NCBI GenBank assembly: GCA_040285825.1
Contig: JAUPSS010000002.1
Span: 2,542,001 to 2,606,000 of the forward strand
Direction of reading: 5' to 3'
DNA length: 64,000 nucleotides
Source of the DNA: Eukaryota sp. TZLM1-RC
Taxonomy: Eukaryota > Protista > Metamonada: BaSk clade
Part shown: positions 60,007 to 64,000 of the stretch, piece by piece
How positions within the stretch are numbered: the first letter of the stretch is position 1
How the letters are laid out: each line of letters starts with the position of its first letter
Notes under the pieces: generated by a model
Databases searched by the model: none
The model's input: the letters and a program-made list of their open reading frames with translations, nothing else
Told to the model about the DNA's origin: nothing
Made by a program: the position numbers and the translations under genes

Positions 60007-61902
60007 TTGCCACGTCGAGGGCGTGTACTCCCCTGGGAGGTTAACCGTCGTGAGCAACCAATAAATGACAGCAAGACGACAGTTCCAGCAAGTGCTGCTC
60101 AGTTCTTCTCTACTGCAGCTCTTGTTTCAATGGAAAGACAGTTTCGCTATATTCGAACTGTCACTGTGCTTACTGCCCGGTTAGCACAGCTGTTCGTCCT
60201 GCAATATCCGGAAATGGCTTTCTGGTTATATCAACAACAGTTTTGGTATCAATGTCAAGACTTTGTAATGGTACCTCATCCGACTGTGAGACGCACATTC
60301 GAGAATCATATGGAAGTGTACCGCGCACTCTATGATGTCTCTTTCCGACCTGGCTGGCCGTTTCCTCCTATTGGCTTTCAGAAGGGAACCGACAACTGGT
60401 GCCACTCTGACATTAGAAGCTTTCGCGCACTGCAAATGGCGAACAGCTTTTGTCAAATACTTACTGATGGCCCTGTCTCCTGGAAGCTGAACTTCTTCCG
60501 GACAATGGCTACCTTCTTTGAGTGCCCTTGCCCAAAGAAATATGCTTCATTAGTGGTGAACACGACTGCAGCCAATTTTCCTGACTCTTTGCGCGCATGG
60601 TTTGACGAAGGTCACCATGAGTACATAATGGACCTATTTACTCAGCAGGTTGCCGACCCTCATCGTTTTGACGCTATGTTAATGCTGGACAATGTTGATC
60701 TCAGTCCAGACAACATCACCTTCTTATTCACTGCTGGGCTAAATATTTTATCCTTTCTGGAAAATATTGCATCTGACACCATGCGAAGAAATGCCGTGTC
60801 CCCATCCCCCAGTTATTCTCCTGGCTTTATCTCTTTTAGTCAAAAACTGGAAAAGCATTTTCTCTCTTTTAATGCCAACCACTGTCTGCTGAAAGATCCG
60901 TTTGCCTTTTTCAGAAAAAAGAAGTATCTGACTTACACAATCAGTTCAGATGCTGTTTCAATCCGCTTCACTTTATTTTGCCCCCAAAAAAATAGGAATC
61001 GCCGGACAGCCAGAGAATTGACAACCACCATAGCCAGTAGGGAACACGATATACCTGCAAAGAGTCGGAAGCGAAATCCTAGACTTCAACAACAGGTCCG
61101 TCCAAGGCAATGTTGAAGAACTGACGACGCCTATGAGCCTCCGCCAGTTGATCCAATTGAATATTCATTTTGTGTAATTGATCCTAATCACAAAAATTTG
61201 TGTGGTTATTCAATTGGATCAAGAATTGATAATAACAATGTTGATCATCAACTTTCGGGCCTTGTTCTGAATCCAAAGGCAAGAAAGATCATTCACCCAC
61301 CGGTCCTGACCCATGCATCAACAAATTGCTATTTTGCTAAGAATTTACACAAATATCTTAATGAAGTAGCAATGCCTTTGATGTGGGTACCGACACAGGA
61401 AGAAATCAGCAATCCCGACTTCCGTCCGAGAACTATACTAGACCAACTGCTGATAAATGTAGATCGCCGAGCCCTGCGCCGCAACAAGTTTGATTTCTTT
61501 ATAAGAAGGCAAAAAAGAATAATGGGATTAATTGAAAAAATTAAACTAATGGCTAATGGAAGAGAAACCATAATTTGGTTTGGTAGTGGAGGTGATGGGC
61601 AATCAAGACAAGCTGTGAAAACCCCAAGGAAGCGCTTTTTGAAGGAGATTCAGAAACATTTTACATATGTGAAGCCTAATGGAGATGAATTCTACACATC
61701 TGCCAAAACGAATTGCTGTAAGGTACTCAATCAAAAGTTGTATCACGATGATGGGATGGTGCACAATGATAAGTTTGTATGTCCTCAATGTCAGACACTC
61801 TGGTCGCGGGACATCTCAGCTTCCAGAAACCAACTGGAGATTGCCATAAGTGAGCACTACTACAATGAAAGACCTGAGGCGTTCCGGAGACCACGTAGAT
61901 AA
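60007..61902 (+). CDS. Fanzor (eukaryotic TnpB-like RNA-guided endonuclease), ~630 codons with one in-frame TGA at 61114-61116
   Basis: Both ORFs are in one frame; the linker reads C*RTDDAYEPPPVDPIEYSFCVIDPNHKNLCG. RuvC-I D at 61180, WFG, RuvC-II E at 61687 (GDEFYTS), CC...CPQC, RuvC-III D at 61810 (WSRDISASRN). First in-frame ATG at 60130. Confidence 0.82.
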
Positions 61903-62030
61903 GTGTCATTCCATGTATTGCGTACCTGTACGCGTATTGTGATGTTGCTGCTTTAACTATCATTTGATCGTGATATCATATAGTGATAGAACTAAAGTAA
62001 GCTTAACGTCTATCAAGATTGCATAAATTG
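61903..62030 (+). ncRNA. Candidate Fanzor omegaRNA (scaffold + flanking guide)
   Basis: Hairpin gcgtac/gtacgc 61920-33; long stem gcttta-a-ctatca...tgatag-aac-taaagt 61950-98; ends at GCTTAACG, shared with the other Fanzor copy. Confidence 0.5.
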
Positions 62031-62115
62031 GTCAAAAGCCAGAAGTGCGTTTTGATAGAAATTCACAGTAAGAAAAACATTTTCTTTATAAATTTGACCA
62101 CTTCAAAAACACATA

Positions 62116-63036
62116 ATGTATCTTCATGACCCACATGCTCAATGTCATATTGTTGACACAATAGAAACAGATCCTGGACATTTTGCTGCTTTTATTTTAC
62201 GTTCAAACAATGGTCGATGTGCTGTTATCGAAACTTCTACTCACCTTGCTGGTCATACAATACTAAGAGCCCTTGATGATATTGGGATTGCACGTGCTGA
62301 CGTGGATTTAGTTTGCACTACGCATGTTCATCTTGATCATGCAGGTGCTTGTGGCATACTTATTCAGTCTCTACCCAATGCCAAACTCGCGGTTCACTCA
62401 TCAGGAGCTAAACATATGATTGATCCATCAATTCTCAACAATGCTGCTCGATCTGTTTACTCTGACCACATCATGGATACTGTTGTCGGGGAGAGTCTAC
62501 CAGTACCTGTAGAACGAGTCATCCCCATTACAGATGAAATGGAACTCAGTTTTGGGGATCGTTCGCTCCATTTTATTTACACGCCAGGCCACGCTTATCA
62601 CCACCTCTGTATCCTGGACAAGTTAACTGGGACTCTTTTTGCTGGGGATTGTCTTGGTTCAATCTACAACGTTTCCGGAAAAGAGTTTCTGGTTTTGGGT
62701 AGCGCTCCAACCCAATTTGATCCTATTCAATGGAAGCTTTCCTTGGAGAAAGTAGTGAGGTATGATATTCAATTGGTTGCCTTGACTCATTTTGGAATAT
62801 TTACAGAGGTAAGAGGTTTGTTTGATAGAGTGACTGAACTTGTAGAGGAACATGAATCTATTGCTCGTAATGTCCCATTAAAGGATATTCCAAACTTAAT
62901 TCAACAATTGTACAAGAAGAGAGCCATGGAGGAGCAAGTGGATTGGGATTTGTTTGTGGAGAAGTATCAGTTTGACTTGGATATATCTATTCAAGGTTTG
63001 GTTTACTTTAGAAATAAGCTGGATAGGAATAAATAA
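62116..63036 (+). CDS. Metallo-beta-lactamase-fold hydrolase
   Basis: THVHLDHAG, TPGHAYHH, LFAGD and LTHFG motifs. Confidence 0.9.
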   Translation: MYLHDPHAQCHIVDTIETDPGHFAAFILRSNNGRCAVIETSTHLAGHTILRALDDIGIARADVDLVCTTHVHLDHAGACGILIQSLPNAKLAVHSSGAKHMIDPSILNNAARSVYSDHIMDTVVGESLPVPVERVIPITDEMELSFGDRSLHFIYTPGHAYHHLCILDKLTGTLFAGDCLGSIYNVSGKEFLVLGSAPTQFDPIQWKLSLEKVVRYDIQLVALTHFGIFTEVRGLFDRVTELVEEHESIARNVPLKDIPNLIQQLYKKRAMEEQVDWDLFVEKYQFDLDISIQGLVYFRNKLDRNK

Positions 63037-63286
63037 GTGAATAAATCCAAATTAATTAAATGCATTAGAACAAAAAGCAAAAACATGATGTAACATTCTG
63101 TGACTGCTCTTTGGCATAAACTTTGCGAAGGAGCAGTGTTAACTTAGTCATAAAGAATTACAAGCAAATGGGCTCTTATTATTTTTACAAAACTGTTTAT
63201 TAATACTCTCTCATCTGCTTTCAAGTACCAAAGGCTATTAACACTGAATTTCTGCCTGTTTGCTCTACACGTTATTGATTTCAATA

Positions 63287-64000
63287 ATGATGCTTTCATC
63301 GACTGTTTCTTATGAACAATGGATCATCTCTGGAGTCCTTGTCTTTATTAGTGCTGTTCTATCTTCTTCTGTTGGTATTGGTGGTGGCGCCTTATACACT
63401 CCAATTCTTATTCTCGTCTTTCATACTGCATTCAACTCTGCCTTTGGTGCGGCAAAGGCACTCATTTTTGCAACAATGAGTGCGGCGTTTATATTAGATA
63501 GAAAAAACAGTGACCAATCCACAACAATTCCACTTGCCTTCTTTTTAGAAGCTCCTATGCTTGCTGGTACCGTGGTAGGAGTATTAATAAACGCATTCTT
63601 TCCACCTGTAATAACCAGTTTTTGTTTGGTAATTTTGCTCTGTTATAATGGTATTAGATCTATAAAAAAGGGTCTTAAAGCTAAGAAAGACTACAAAATT
63701 TCACTCTCAAATGATGTTGATGAAGCAAGTGGTCTACTTAATGAATCAAAAGTATCTATTCTTCATTTTCAACCTCATCATAGCAAGATATTGAAGAGCA
63801 ACGACCACTGAAAACTCCTTATTTGATCATTGTCTACTTTGTTCTTGAATGGTGCTTCGTGTTGACTCTCACAATCCTTCGAGGTTCTATTCAGTATCCT
63901 TCTCCCATCGGTATTGATGTCTGCTCTTACATGTGGTGGGGCTTAACGCTGGCCCAGGTACCTCTCGCTGTGTTTTTCTCCTTCATGTCACTGAAAGTTA
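63287..64000 (+). CDS. TauE/SafE-family membrane protein (32-nt intron 63752-63783; runs off window)
   Basis: GIGGGALYTPIL motif; splicing GTATC...TAG gives an open frame QDIEEQ...LRGS...IGIDVCSYMWWGL to the window end. Confidence 0.82.

Overview
AT-rich eukaryotic (protist-like) genomic DNA with compact genes and very short GT-AG introns (27-32 nt, found by hand in 5 different genes). The most notable element is a candidate Fanzor (eukaryotic TnpB-type RNA-guided nuclease) locus at ~60.0-62.0 kb. The two ORFs in the track are one ~630-codon frame broken by a single TGA; it carries RuvC-I (VIDPN), the rearranged RuvC-II (WFG...DEFYTS), a Cys cluster and RuvC-III (WSRDISA), followed by a structured candidate omegaRNA. 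A second, broken and chimeric Fanzor with its own structured 3' RNA lies at 0.57-1.98 kb, and the two 3' regions share the motifs CGTATTGT and GCTTAACG. From 3 to 31 kb there is a transposon island. It holds two nested Ty3/Gypsy chromovirus-like elements with 81-bp LTRs and no tRNA primer-binding site, a gag-only LTR element, a solo LTR, and many CRE-like (RT + restriction-like endonuclease) non-LTR fragments packed around three identical tRNA-Arg(TCT) genes. All of this sits inside an interrupted inverted duplication carrying a DUF996-like gene. Host genes include an Rrn5-like SANT protein, TOP6B, APC2, a 38-aa-repeat coiled-coil protein, a UBE2Q-like E2, a Stealth protein, SMG8-like, a CREST/ceramidase-like protein, beta-tubulin, an MBL-fold hydrolase and a TauE/SafE protein. 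An atypical tRNA-like + long-hairpin Pol III unit is at 49.6-49.76 kb. All family assignments come from motif recognition by eye; no database search was run.
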